The translations under genes were made by a program, and so were the position numbers. A stretch of 64,000 bases of DNA from an uncultured Chloroflexia bacterium. Its GTDB lineage: Bacteria > Chloroflexota > Limnocylindria > Limnocylindrales > CSP1-4. Positions 1-9,001 of the stretch are shown one piece after another. Under the pieces are notes generated by a model, which made no database searches, was not told where the DNA came from, and was given only the letters and a program-made list of their open reading frames with translations. Location of the stretch: NCBI GenBank assembly GCA_963700245.1, contig CAVOWV010000015.1, forward strand, positions 128,339-192,338, given 5' to 3'. Position 1 is the first letter of the stretch. Every line of letters begins with the position of its first letter.

Positions 1-460
1 ACAGGGGGTTGTAGGCGTGGCCGGGGCGTTCCGCGACCGACAGCGATGCCGCGTGGGCGAGACGGTTGGCCGATCCCACGATGAAGTTCGAGAAGGTGTA
101 GCGGGCGTTGAGGTTGGTCGCGCCGCCCGCCGCGCCCTCGGGGGCGCCGACCCGCGTGGGCTCCACGCGGACCGGCTGCGCGGCGACCGCGGTGGCCTGC
201 GCCTGCGCCTCGCCGGCGCCCGAGACGACGAACTCGACCTGGACGCTGTAGCCCACCACGCGGGCCAGCGTCTGGGAGATCAGAGAGCGGTAGCGGGTCT
301 CGAGCCAGTCCTTGGCGAACCCGTTGGGGACCGCGATCCGGAACCGTTGATCATCGACGTCCACGAGGTAGGTGTCGCGCAGCCACGTCTCGAAGTTGGC
401 GGGCGACAGCGAAACCTGCAACTCGCCAAGGGCTGCTCGCCAGACCTGCTTCGCGTCCAT
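1..460 (-). CDS. dnaA: Chromosomal replication initiator DnaA, N-terminal part (gene runs off left window edge)
   Basis: Minus-strand frame open to the window edge with ATG at 460-458. Translation [57 protein letters not shown]...[22 protein letters not shown] fits DnaA domain I, linker and start of the AAA+ domain. Divergent from rpmH as in most bacteria. Missing from the ORF track only because it is truncated. Confidence 0.9.
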   Translation of the reverse strand, partial: MDAKQVWRAALGELQVSLSPANFETWLRDTYLVDVDDQRFRIAVPNGFAKDWLETRYRSLISQTLARVVGYSVQVEFVVSGAGEAQAQATAVAAQPVRVEPTRVGAPEGAAGGATNLNARYTFSNFIVGSANRLAHAASLSVAERPGHAYNPL

Positions 461-872
461 TCGTTCGATCGGGTTCCTGCTTGACGGGTTGCGGTAGATG
501 GCGTTTGACTGCGAGCGCAACCGGGGAAGACACCGCGGGACGAGTCCCGGGGCGCCGTCCCGAGGATCGCTGCGGGTCCTCCGGGGAGGCCCCCCGCAGG
601 CGTCCCGGCGCCTCAGGGCTCGGGAACCATACACCGGCCCGGCGAGGCGTCGCAAGGTGATTCCGGCATACTCCTAGGGAGTATCGTGCGAGGCGCTGAG
701 GGATGGGTCCCGAGTTGGCTGCCCGGACCGACTGGCGAAGTGGCCGGCAGACGGCCGTCGTTCCGCGGGCTGCGACGGGGCGGGCCTGGCCCGACACGGC
801 CTCCACCCCCCGACGGCGATCGCCACCGGCGTGACGGGCCATCCGGCACCGGCGCCCGGGAGGGTCGTGCGT

Positions 873-902
873 TTGACGAACCACGCTTCAGCGCCCTATC
901 AT
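873..902 (+). promoter_or_regulatory. Candidate sigma70-type promoter of the rpmH operon
   Basis: TTGACG (873-878), 18-nt spacer, TATCAT (897-902), about 115 nt upstream of the rpmH ATG. By-eye hexamer match only. Confidence 0.35.
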
Positions 903-1016
903 CCGGCCCGACGAACACGCGCCGCCGCGCCTCCAGGCGCTCGGCGCGTTTGCGTGCCTCTAGGGGTCGGAACTTCCGGGTCCCAAGGCTGATGGAGAGG
1001 ATCACGGAAAGTCCCG

Positions 1017-1154
1017 ATGGGCAAGCCGACGTTTCAGCCCAAGAAGCGCCATCGCGCAAAGGAGCACGGGTTCCGCGCCCGCATGAAGACGGCGGGCGGG
1101 CGACGCGTGCTCGCGCACCGGCGCGCACGGGGCCGCCAGAAGCTCTCGGCCTGA
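1017..1154 (+). CDS. rpmH: 50S ribosomal protein L34
   Basis: 45-codon [48 protein letters not shown], an unmistakable L34 sequence. GGAGAGGA Shine-Dalgarno upstream. Below the ORF-track size cut-off. Confidence 0.97.
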   Translation: MGKPTFQPKKRHRAKEHGFRARMKTAGGRRVLAHRRARGRQKLSA

Positions 1155-1189
1155 CCGACGGGCGCAGTCACAACCCGCTGCGGCTCGTC

Positions 1190-1525
1190 ATGCTCTCCCG
1201 CCCGGGCGACTTCGCCAGGCTGGCCGAGGGAGGCGTCTCACGGACGCACCCGCTGCTGGTCGGACGTTTCGTCCGGACCAACCTTGACCAGACCCGGTTC
1301 GGGTTCGCGACCGGCAAGCGGCTCGGAGGAGCCGTTGTCCGGAACCGCACCCGGCGCCGGATCCGCGAGGTGCTAAGGGTGATGGCGCCCTCGTTCCAGC
1401 CCGGCTGGGACGTCCTCATCATTGCCCGGCCGGCGATCGTCGAGGCCGACCAGGACGCACTGGTCGGGGCATTGGACCGGGTCCTCCGCTCGGGAGGCGT
1501 GCTCGGAGGTCTGACGGAGTCGTGA
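1190..1525 (+). CDS. rnpA: Ribonuclease P protein component
   Basis: In-frame tail of track ORF 686..1525: ...[59 protein letters not shown]... fits the RnpA pattern, and the gene follows rpmH. First ATG is at 1190. An upstream non-ATG start (e.g. CTG 1151 overlapping the rpmH stop) is possible. Confidence 0.85.
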   Translation: MLSRPGDFARLAEGGVSRTHPLLVGRFVRTNLDQTRFGFATGKRLGGAVVRNRTRRRIREVLRVMAPSFQPGWDVLIIARPAIVEADQDALVGALDRVLRSGGVLGGLTES

Positions 1526-1740
1526 GGCAGTTCGGCGTCACGGTCGGGGTGGGCTTGATCCACCTGTACCGGCTCGTGTTCGCGTGGCTGCCCTCCAGCT
1601 GCCGGTTCGAACCCTCCTGCTCGCGCTACACCGAGCAGGCGATCCAGAAATACGGGCTGCTGCGGGGCTCCTGGATGGGAGCCAAGCGCATCGGCCGGTG
1701 CCATCCCTGGAACCCGGGCGGCTACGACCCGGTCCCCTAA
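1522..1740 (+). CDS. yidD: Membrane protein insertion efficiency factor YidD
   Basis: 72 aa with ...[19 protein letters not shown]...[18 protein letters not shown] start overlaps the rnpA stop (GTGA). Canonical position between rnpA and yidC. Confidence 0.9.
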   Translation: MRQFGVTVGVGLIHLYRLVFAWLPSSCRFEPSCSRYTEQAIQKYGLLRGSWMGAKRIGRCHPWNPGGYDPVP

Positions 1741-1756
1741 TGGATAGAAGACCCGC

Positions 1757-2956
1757 GTGATCCGCCTCCAGCAGCTCCTCGTCCGGCTGGCGCCGCTCCT
1801 GTTCCTGGTCGTCATCGCGCTGGTCGTCAGCGCCTGCGTGCCGGGCACCACGACGGTCCCGGGAGGCTCGCCCGGCGCGTCGCCGAGCTTCAGCCAGGCG
1901 CCCCTCGCGCCCGCCCAGCTGACCGGCAACCCCATGGACCTGCTGGCGTGGCTGTTCACGCCGATCTTCCAGGCGCTGTTCATCGTCCTGGTGGTGCTCG
2001 ACACGGCGACGAAGGTGATCTGGTCCGAGGGCAACATCGCCATCGCGATCATCCTGCTCACGGTCATCCTCAAGGTCGCCACGACGCCGATCACGAAGAA
2101 GCAGCTCGTCTCGTCGCGCCAGACCCAGCTGCTGCAGCCCGAGATCAAGGACATCCAGCGCAAGTACAAGGGCGACCGCGTCAAGCAGCAGGCCGCCACG
2201 CAGGAGTACTACAAGCAGCGCGGCATCAACCCGGCCGGCGGGTGTCTGCCGGCGCTGCTCACGATGGGCCTGCTGATCCCGATGTACTCGGTCATCAGCC
2301 AGGGCCTCACGAACTACGACATCACGCCGATGCTCCAGGTCTTCGGCGTCAACCTCGCGGAGCCGCTCGGCATCGTCTGCGCCCCCGCCCCGATCTTCAA
2401 CGCCGCGGGGCAGGTGACGAACCCGTGCCTCAACCCGATCGCCTTCGGCATCAACTGGTCATACCCCGAACCGACCACCACCGGCCTCGCGATCCTCGGC
2501 TTCGGCATCAGCATCCTGGCGATCATCTCGTCCGGCATCCAGTTCGTGGCCTCCCGCCAGATGCTGGCCCCGCTCGACCCGCGGATGAAGGACGACCCCA
2601 ACATCAAGGTCCAGCGCCAGATGGCCTACTTCCTGCCGCTGATCTCCATCCTGTACGGCGGCATGCTGCCGGCAGGCCTGTTCCTCTACTGGATCTTCTC
2701 GTCGATCATCCAGGTCGGCCAGCAGTTCCTCGTGATGGGCTTCGGCGGGACGTTCCCGCTGTTCGGCTGGTATCCCGAGTTCGCGCGGAACCACACCCCG
2801 CGCTACCACGTGACCCTGCCCGAGCCCAAGCCCATCGAGCCCGGCACACCCACGAGCGCGGCGGAGCGCTCGAAGACCCTCGACCGAGACATCTCGGCCC
2901 AGTCGACGATCAGGCCCAACCGCACACGGAGCGGCCGACGAGGGAGACGACGCTAG
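1757..2956 (+). CDS. yidC: Membrane protein insertase YidC
   Basis: 399 aa with an N-terminal TM segment. Conserved core ...KKQLVSSRQTQLLQPEIKDIQRKYKGDRVKQQ...YKQRGINPAGGCLPALL...LFLYW.... Synteny with yidD and jag. Confidence 0.93.
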   Translation: MIRLQQLLVRLAPLLFLVVIALVVSACVPGTTTVPGGSPGASPSFSQAPLAPAQLTGNPMDLLAWLFTPIFQALFIVLVVLDTATKVIWSEGNIAIAIILLTVILKVATTPITKKQLVSSRQTQLLQPEIKDIQRKYKGDRVKQQAATQEYYKQRGINPAGGCLPALLTMGLLIPMYSVISQGLTNYDITPMLQVFGVNLAEPLGIVCAPAPIFNAAGQVTNPCLNPIAFGINWSYPEPTTTGLAILGFGISILAIISSGIQFVASRQMLAPLDPRMKDDPNIKVQRQMAYFLPLISILYGGMLPAGLFLYWIFSSIIQVGQQFLVMGFGGTFPLFGWYPEFARNHTPRYHVTLPEPKPIEPGTPTSAAERSKTLDRDISAQSTIRPNRTRSGRRGRRR

Positions 2957-2958
2957 TC

Positions 2959-3985
2959 ATGAGCGAGTACCAGGAATTCACCGGCAAGTCGGTCGAAGAG
3001 GCCATCAAGGGGGCCTGCGACCAGTTCGGGGTCGGTCTTGCCGACCTCGACTTCGAGATCCTCACCCCCGGCAGCCGCGGGGTCCTGGGCATGGGCGCCG
3101 AGCCCGCCCGCATCGTTGCCGCGCCGCGCAGCGCCCTCGGGGGCACGGCCCCCAAGCGCGAGGCCGCCGAGTCCAAGCCCCTGCCGACCCCGCCCCCGCG
3201 CGAGGATCGCGGCCCGCGCCGCGAGTACGGCGACCGGCCCTCGGGCGACCGGGATCGCGACCGCGGCCCGCGCCGGGAGTACGGCGACCGGCCCCCGCGC
3301 CGCGACGACCGCGCCGGAGTCCGGTGACCGCCCGTCCGGCGACCGCCCCCCGCGCCGCGACGATCGGGGTCCCCGCCACGACGACCGCCGACCCCGGCGC
3401 GACGCCGTCCCGAGCAAGGGTGGATCCGAGCTGTCCGCGGCCGAGGTCGCCGCGGTTGCGACGGCGCGCGGCTCGCTCGCCATGGAGCGCGCCGAGCTCG
3501 AGGCCGCGGAGGCGTCGCCGGAAGCGCTCGCGGCGGGCAAGGAGATCCTCGAGACGGTGATGCTCCACCTCGGCTTCGAGGGCGTCACGGTCGAGATCCG
3601 CGAGGGCGAGACCAGCCGGCTCAACGTCGTCGGTGACGGCCCGGACCGCGAGGCCCTGGGCTCGCTCATCGGCCGCAAGGGCGAGCGCCTCTCGGCGCTC
3701 CAGCACCTCGTGAACCTGATGCTGTCGCGCCGCACCGGCCAGTGGACCCGCGTCCTCGTTGACGTCGAGGACTACCGCGGCCGCCGCGAGCGCCAGCTCG
3801 AGGACCTCGCCACCCGCGCCGCGGGTCGCGTCGTCGAGACCGGCAAGATGCTCCAGCTCGAGCCGATGCCGGCCCTCGAGCGCCGCTGGATCCACCTGGC
3901 CCTGCGCAACAATCCCGACGTCTCGACGCAGTCGATCGGCGAGGAGCCGAACCGCCGCGTCGTCGTCCTGCCGCGCAACGTCTAG
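2959..3985 (+). CDS. jag: RNA-binding protein Jag/KhpB (Jag_N + KH + R3H), reading frame broken once in the low-complexity linker
   Basis: The Jag_N part (MSEYQEFTGKSVEEAIKGACDQFGVGLADLDFEILTPGSRGVLGMG...) is in the frame starting at 2959 and stops at 3325-3327. The KH/R3H part (...GKEILETVMLHLGFEGVTVEI...IGRKGERLSALQHLVNLML...RRWIHLALRNNPDVSTQSIGEEPNRRVVVLP) is in the +1 frame and ends at 3985. The linker continues sensibly (SGDRPSGDRPPRRDDRGPRHDD) in the second frame. Confidence 0.85.
3208..3294 (+). repeat. Intragenic 33-bp direct repeat (period 54 nt) in the jag linker
   Basis: CGCGGCCCGCGCCGCGAGTACGGCGACCGGCCC at 3208-3240 recurs at 3262-3294 with one mismatch. It encodes RGPRREYGDRP twice. 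Confidence 0.85.
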
Positions 3986-4036
3986 GGGCGGCCCCGCGTC
4001 GTAGCGGGGGCCAGGGGGCATTCACCGGCCCGCTTC

Positions 4037-4057
4037 GGGTCCCGATTCCGGGGACCC
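4037..4057 (+). terminator. Candidate terminator hairpin after jag
   Basis: GGGTCCC (4037-4043), 7-nt loop, GGGACCC (4051-4057), about 50 nt after the jag stop. No U-tract. Confidence 0.3.
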
Positions 4058-4097
4058 TGCTACGATCCGGCTTCCGTCCCAGCCTGAGATCGACCAG

Positions 4098-5975
4098 ATG
4101 ACCAACGAACCCGCCCTGGCCTCTCCCTCGCCCCGCGGCCGATCGATGGCGGCGAAGTTCGCGATCGCATTCCTGCTCGGCGTCGTGCTCGTCGTCGGTG
4201 TCGGCAGCGCCAGCCTCTACGCGTATGGCCAGCAGTACACCGGCAGGATCCTGCCGGGCGTGCGCGCCGGCGAGGTCGACCTCTCGGGCTTGACGCCCGA
4301 GGCAGCGACGGGCGCGATCGCCGATGCGTACGCGTCGTTGGGCGCGGGCGTGATCACGCTCGCGGGTCCCGATGGCGAGGCGACGATCGGCTACGAGGAG
4401 ATCGGGCGCGGCCCGGACACCGCCGCGATGCTGGCGGCGGCCCTCGTCGCAGGACGGCAAGGCGAGCCCGTCGCGGACCTCATCGCGGCTCCGCAGACCG
4501 CCCTCCGCGGCGCGAGCGTCGACGCGGTCGTCACCTACGACCCGGCCGCCCTCGAGGCAGCCGTCGCCGCCATCGCCAAGTCCATCGACCGCGCGCCGGT
4601 CGACGCCACGCTCGCGGTCAACGAGGACGGGTCCTACGCGACGACCGAGTCGGTCGAGGGGCGCACCGTCGACCAGGCCGCGCTCCTCGCCTCGCTCGAC
4701 GAGCAGATCTCGGAGCTGGGCGCACCGGGCGAGATCCGCAGCGACATCCCGCTCACCACGCAGACCCCCGACACGGAGACCGCCGACGTCGAGGCCGCGA
4801 TCGCCGCGGCCGACCGGATGGCGCAGGACCTGGTGCTCACCCGCGGCGACGACACCTGGACGCTGCCGAGCGCGAAGCTCCGAACGCTGATCTCGTTCTC
4901 ACCGACCGCCGATGGCGGCATCGTGCCGGTCGTCGATGAGACCGGGATCGACCCCCTGATCAAGCCGATCGCGAAGGACGTGAACCAGAAGGTCGCGAAC
5001 GCGGGTCTCAAGCTGTCGGGCGGACGGATCGTCGTGGGCGCCGCGAGCAAGGAGGGCCGGAAGCTGGACGTCGAGGCGACCCGCGCGGTCGTCATGGGCG
5101 CCCTCGCAGCTCGCCAGGCAGGGACCCCCGACGGCACGCTGGAGCCCGTCGTGGCCGTGACCGAGCCCGCCCTCACGACGGCGGAGGCCAAGGCCGTCGC
5201 CCCGAAGATGCGGGCCCTGCCCCAGGGCAGGTGGACCACGTGGTTCCAGGTGTACGAGCGCAATGGCTTCGGGGCCAACATCTGGATCCCGGCCAAGCTG
5301 ATCAACGGCTACGTCGTCGCACCCGGCGAGAAGTTCGACTTCTGGAAGGCCGTGGGTCCCGTCACCCGGGCCAAGGGCTACAAGAGCGGCGGCGCGATCA
5401 TCAACGGCAGGACCGAGCCCCTCGGCGCCCTGGCCGGTGGGATCTGCTCCTGTTCCACCACGCTGTTCAACGCGGCGCTTCGGGCCGGCTACAAGATGGA
5501 GGCCCGGCGCAACCACTACTACTACATCGACCGCTACCCGGTGGGCCTGGACGCGACCGTGTTCATCTCCGGTGGCGGCTCCAAGCAGACCATGAGCTGG
5601 ACCAACGACACCAAGTACCCGGTGCTCATCCGCGGCATCAACACCCGCAAGGGCAGCAAGGGGTACGTGACGTTCCAGCTCTACAGCGTGCCGGTGGGGC
5701 GCAAGGTCACGATCAGCGCCCCGATCATCAAGAACCGGCGCACGGCGAAGGACTCCGTCCAGTACACGTCCCGCCTCCGCGCCGGCCAGTCGGAGCGGGT
5801 CGAGTATCCGGTCAACGGGTTCGACGTGTGGCGGACGGTCACGGTCTACGAGAACGGCAAGAAGCTGCGCTCGAAGACCTACTTCACGCACTACGCGACC
5901 GTGACCGGCATCCTCCTCAAGGGCAAGGGCGCGGTCGCGCCCAAGCCCAGTCCGACTCCGTCCCCCTCGCCCTGA
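4098..5975 (+). CDS. VanW-domain protein with N-terminal membrane anchor
   Basis: 625 aa. TM segment AAKFAIAFLLGVVLVVGVGSASLY. VanW-like core ...GYVVAPGEKFDFWKAVGPVTRAKGYKSGGAIINGRTEPLGALAGGICSCSTTLFNAALRAGYKMEARRNHYYYIDRYPVGLDATVF.... G5-like C-terminal segment. Confidence 0.8.
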   Translation: MTNEPALASPSPRGRSMAAKFAIAFLLGVVLVVGVGSASLYAYGQQYTGRILPGVRAGEVDLSGLTPEAATGAIADAYASLGAGVITLAGPDGEATIGYEEIGRGPDTAAMLAAALVAGRQGEPVADLIAAPQTALRGASVDAVVTYDPAALEAAVAAIAKSIDRAPVDATLAVNEDGSYATTESVEGRTVDQAALLASLDEQISELGAPGEIRSDIPLTTQTPDTETADVEAAIAAADRMAQDLVLTRGDDTWTLPSAKLRTLISFSPTADGGIVPVVDETGIDPLIKPIAKDVNQKVANAGLKLSGGRIVVGAASKEGRKLDVEATRAVVMGALAARQAGTPDGTLEPVVAVTEPALTTAEAKAVAPKMRALPQGRWTTWFQVYERNGFGANIWIPAKLINGYVVAPGEKFDFWKAVGPVTRAKGYKSGGAIINGRTEPLGALAGGICSCSTTLFNAALRAGYKMEARRNHYYYIDRYPVGLDATVFISGGGSKQTMSWTNDTKYPVLIRGINTRKGSKGYVTFQLYSVPVGRKVTISAPIIKNRRTAKDSVQYTSRLRAGQSERVEYPVNGFDVWRTVTVYENGKKLRSKTYFTHYATVTGILLKGKGAVAPKPSPTPSPSP

Positions 5976-5992
5976 CGGATCGCGTCACCCCG

Positions 5993-7562
5993 ATGCGGTC
6001 TGATGCGCCCTGGTGGCAACGGGGTGTCGTGTACCAGGTCTACCCGCGCTCGTTCGCTGACTCCAATGGGGACGGGATCGGTGATCTCCCCGGCATCACC
6101 GGGCGGCTGGACCATCTTGCGGCGCTCGGCGTGGACGCCATCTGGCTGTCGCCGATCTTCCGCTCCCCGATGCGGGACTTCGGGTATGACGTGGCCGACT
6201 ACCGCGACGTGGACCCGGTGTTCGGCACGCTCGAGGACGCCGACCGGCTGATCGCCGCGGCTCACCGGCGGGACATCCGCGTGGTGCTGGACTTCGTGCC
6301 CAACCACACCTCGTCGGATCACGAGTGGTTCCTGGACGCGCGGTCCTCGCGGGACGCCGCGCACCGGGACTGGTACGTGTGGCGCGACCCGGCCCCAGGT
6401 GGCGGTCCCCCCAACGACCTCCTCGCCCAGTTCGGCGGGCCGGCCTGGACGCTGGACGAAGGCACCGGCCAGTACTGGTATCACTCGTTCCTGCCCGAGC
6501 AGCCCGACCTCGACTGGCGCAATCCGGCCGTCCGGGCGGCGATGCACGACAACCTGCGCTTCTGGTTCGACCGAGGCGTGGACGGGTTCCGGATCGACGT
6601 CCTGTGGATGATCGCCAAGGACGACGCGCCCTGGCGGGACGGACGCGTGGCGGCGGCCGCGACCGGGTTCGGGGGCGATCCCCGCGACGCCCTGGAGCAC
6701 GGGGATGGACCGGCGATGGACGAGCGGCTGCGCGAGCTGCGCGACGTCGCCGACGAGTACCCGGATCGCGTGCTGATCGGCGAGGTCTACATGGAGCCGC
6801 GCCGGATGGTGCGCTACTACGGCCCGGGCGGTCGCGGCGCGCACCTCCCGTTCAACACGGCCCTGGTCACGCTGCCCTGGGAGGCCGGTGCGATCCGCGC
6901 GGCCGTCGAAGCCTGCGAGGCGGCGCTTCCGGACGGTGCCTGGCCCAACTGGGTCCTGGGCAATCACGATCAGTCGCGGGTGGCCACCCGCCTCGGCGCA
7001 TGCGCAGGCCCGGGTAGCGGCGATGCTGCTGCTCACGCTCCGGGGCACGCCCACGCTGTACTACGGCGACGAGATCGGGCTGCCGGACGTTCCAGTGCCG
7101 CCCGGCCGGGTGGTGGATGTCGCCGGGCGGGATCCCGAGCGCTCACCGATGCCCTGGACCACCGGCGCCAATGCGGGCTTCAGCTCGGCTGATCCCTGGC
7201 TTCCGATCACGGACGACCCGGGCACGTTCAGCGTCGAGGCCCAGGAGCGCTCCCCGGGTTCGATGCTCACCCTGCACCGGCAGCTGCTCGCGCTCCGGCG
7301 CTCCGAGCCGGCGCTGCACCTGGGCTCATGGACGGGCTTCGACGCACCGGCGGGCGTGATCGCCTACGGGCGCGAGCACGGTGGGACGCGGCTCCTGGTC
7401 CTGCTCAATCTCACCCGGGAGCCGGCCACCGTCGTCCTGGATGGAGCGTGGATCGTCGAGCTCTCGACGCGGTTGGACCGGGCGCCGGGTGTGCCGGCGG
7501 GATCCGCCGTCGGGCTGCGTGGTGACGAGGGACTGGTCCTGCGAGCCGTGGTCTCCCGGTGA
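5993..7562 (+). CDS. GH13 alpha-glucosidase / oligo-1,6-glucosidase-like enzyme, one apparent frameshift near 6990-7000
   Basis: MRSDAPWWQRGVVYQVYPRSFADSNGDGIGDLPGI...DAIWLSPIF...DFVPNHTS...GVDGFRIDV...IGEVY...GNHDQSRVATRLG lies in one frame. It continues as ...AQARVAAMLLLTLRGTPTLYYGDEIG... in the +1 frame (track ORF 6888..7562). Confidence 0.85.
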
Positions 7563-8191
7563 CCTTCGACCTCTTTCTCCGGGGCCTGGCGATCGGTTTC
7601 GCGATCGCGTTCGCACTGGGGCCGATCGGCCTCCTGGTGATCCGCCGGACCATCGACCGCGGCTGGGCCTACGGCTTCCTCTCCGGGGTGGGGGTCGCGA
7701 CGGCCGACGCGATGTATGGCGCCATCGCGGCCTTCGGCCTCACCGCGATCACCGAGCTCCTGGTGGGGATCGACCGCCTGCTCGGGATCATCGGCGGCGC
7801 CGTCCTGGTGGTCCTCGCGGTGAGGTCCCTGCGCAGCGCTCTCCATGACACCGGGGATGCCGCGGCCCTCTCGGACGGCACGCGGGTCAGGGGTCCGATC
7901 GCCGGGTGGGCGTCGATGGTGGGCCTCACGCTGACGAACCCGGCCACGATCCTGGCCTTCGCCGCCCTGTTCGCGAGCATCGGGGCGGGGACTGGCGGAG
8001 CGGCCGGCGCCGTCGCGGTCGTGGCGGGCGTGTTCCTTGGCTCCGTGGCCTGGTGGGCCCTCCTGACCGGGCTCGTGGCGGGCCTGCGCGCCAGGCTGAC
8101 GCCGAGCGTGATCCGCTGGCTGAACATCGTGTCGGCCGTCGCGATCGGCGCGTTCGGGGTCATCGCGATCGCCATCGGCCTCGCGGGCTGA
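7559..8191 (+). CDS. LysE/RhtB-family amino-acid exporter
   Basis: 210 aa, six hydrophobic segments. N-terminus MTFDLFLRGLAIGFAIAFALGPIGLLVIRRTI is typical of LysE-type translocators. GTG start overlaps the upstream stop. Confidence 0.8.
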   Translation: MTFDLFLRGLAIGFAIAFALGPIGLLVIRRTIDRGWAYGFLSGVGVATADAMYGAIAAFGLTAITELLVGIDRLLGIIGGAVLVVLAVRSLRSALHDTGDAAALSDGTRVRGPIAGWASMVGLTLTNPATILAFAALFASIGAGTGGAAGAVAVVAGVFLGSVAWWALLTGLVAGLRARLTPSVIRWLNIVSAVAIGAFGVIAIAIGLAG

Positions 8192-8248
8192 GTGGCAGGT
8201 CGACGCGCCGGCGGCCCGCGTTCGCTGCGCCTCCCATACGATCGGAGC

Positions 8249-9001
8249 GTGCCAGCACGCCGTCTTCCCGCCGCCGCCGTCTTCGACTGGGACGGCACGC
8301 TCGTCGACACGATGGCGATGATCTACCGTGCCAACGTGGCCTCGCTGCGCCACTACGGTCTGACGATGAGCCAGGAGTGGTTTCGCGAGCAGTACACCCC
8401 TGACTGGCGGCGCGGCTACCAGGAGCTGGGGATCCCCGAGCACCTCTGGGACGAGATGGCCGGCAGGTGGGCCGCCGAGATGTCGCGGATGCGTCCCCGC
8501 GCCATGCCCTGGGCCCGTGGTGCCCTCCGCGACCTCCGCCGCCATGGCGTGAAGGTCGGCCTGGTCACGGCGTCCACCCGCGGCGTCGTGGAGCCCAACA
8601 TCGAGCGTCTCAACCTGACCGGCGTGTTCCAGACGGCGTGGTACTCGGACGACGTCGAACGCTCCAAGCCCCATCCCGAGGCACTGGTCCGGGCGCTCGA
8701 CGACCTCGGTGTTGCCGCTGCCGACACCGTGTACGTGGGCGACACGCTCGTTGACCTCGAGATGACCGTGGCGGCCGGGGCCTCCTTCGTGGCCGTCGGT
8801 ACCACGATGTCGCCCGAGGCATTCCACGAGGCCGGCGTGGACCGGGTGTGGCCCGGCGTCGGAGCATGGGCGGACGACCTTCTGGGCCGACCGGCACGCC
8901 GATCCGGGACGGTCCCGGCGAAAGCGGGCTCTCGCGGGCGGCGGATCGGTCCGACCGGCACGGCCGGTGTCGCGAGGCGCCCGGTACGATCGAGGCCATG
9001 A
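8249..9001 (+). CDS. HAD-superfamily hydrolase (phosphoglycolate-phosphatase-like)
   Basis: Motif I AAVFDWDGTLVDT, motif II LVTAS, and K...GD motifs (SKPHPE, YVGDTLVDLE). Start assigned to GTG 8249, just before motif I. The stop overlaps the ATPase ATG (ATGA at 8998-9001). Confidence 0.75.
   Translation: MPARRLPAAAVFDWDGTLVDTMAMIYRANVASLRHYGLTMSQEWFREQYTPDWRRGYQELGIPEHLWDEMAGRWAAEMSRMRPRAMPWARGALRDLRRHGVKVGLVTASTRGVVEPNIERLNLTGVFQTAWYSDDVERSKPHPEALVRALDDLGVAAADTVYVGDTLVDLEMTVAAGASFVAVGTTMSPEAFHEAGVDRVWPGVGAWADDLLGRPARRSGTVPAKAGSRGRRIGPTGTAGVARRPVRSRP

Noticed and set aside
17-484. Track ORF 17..484 (+), 155 aa
   Set aside because: It lies antisense to the clearly recognisable dnaA N-terminus. 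Its Arg/Gly/Ala-rich composition is typical of shadow frames in GC-rich DNA.
994-1016. GGAAAGTCCC upstream of rpmH resembling the RNase P RNA P4 motif (GGAAAGUCC)
   Set aside because: It is an isolated 10-nt match. No other RNase P RNA conserved regions flank it. It sits in the SD/start context of rpmH.
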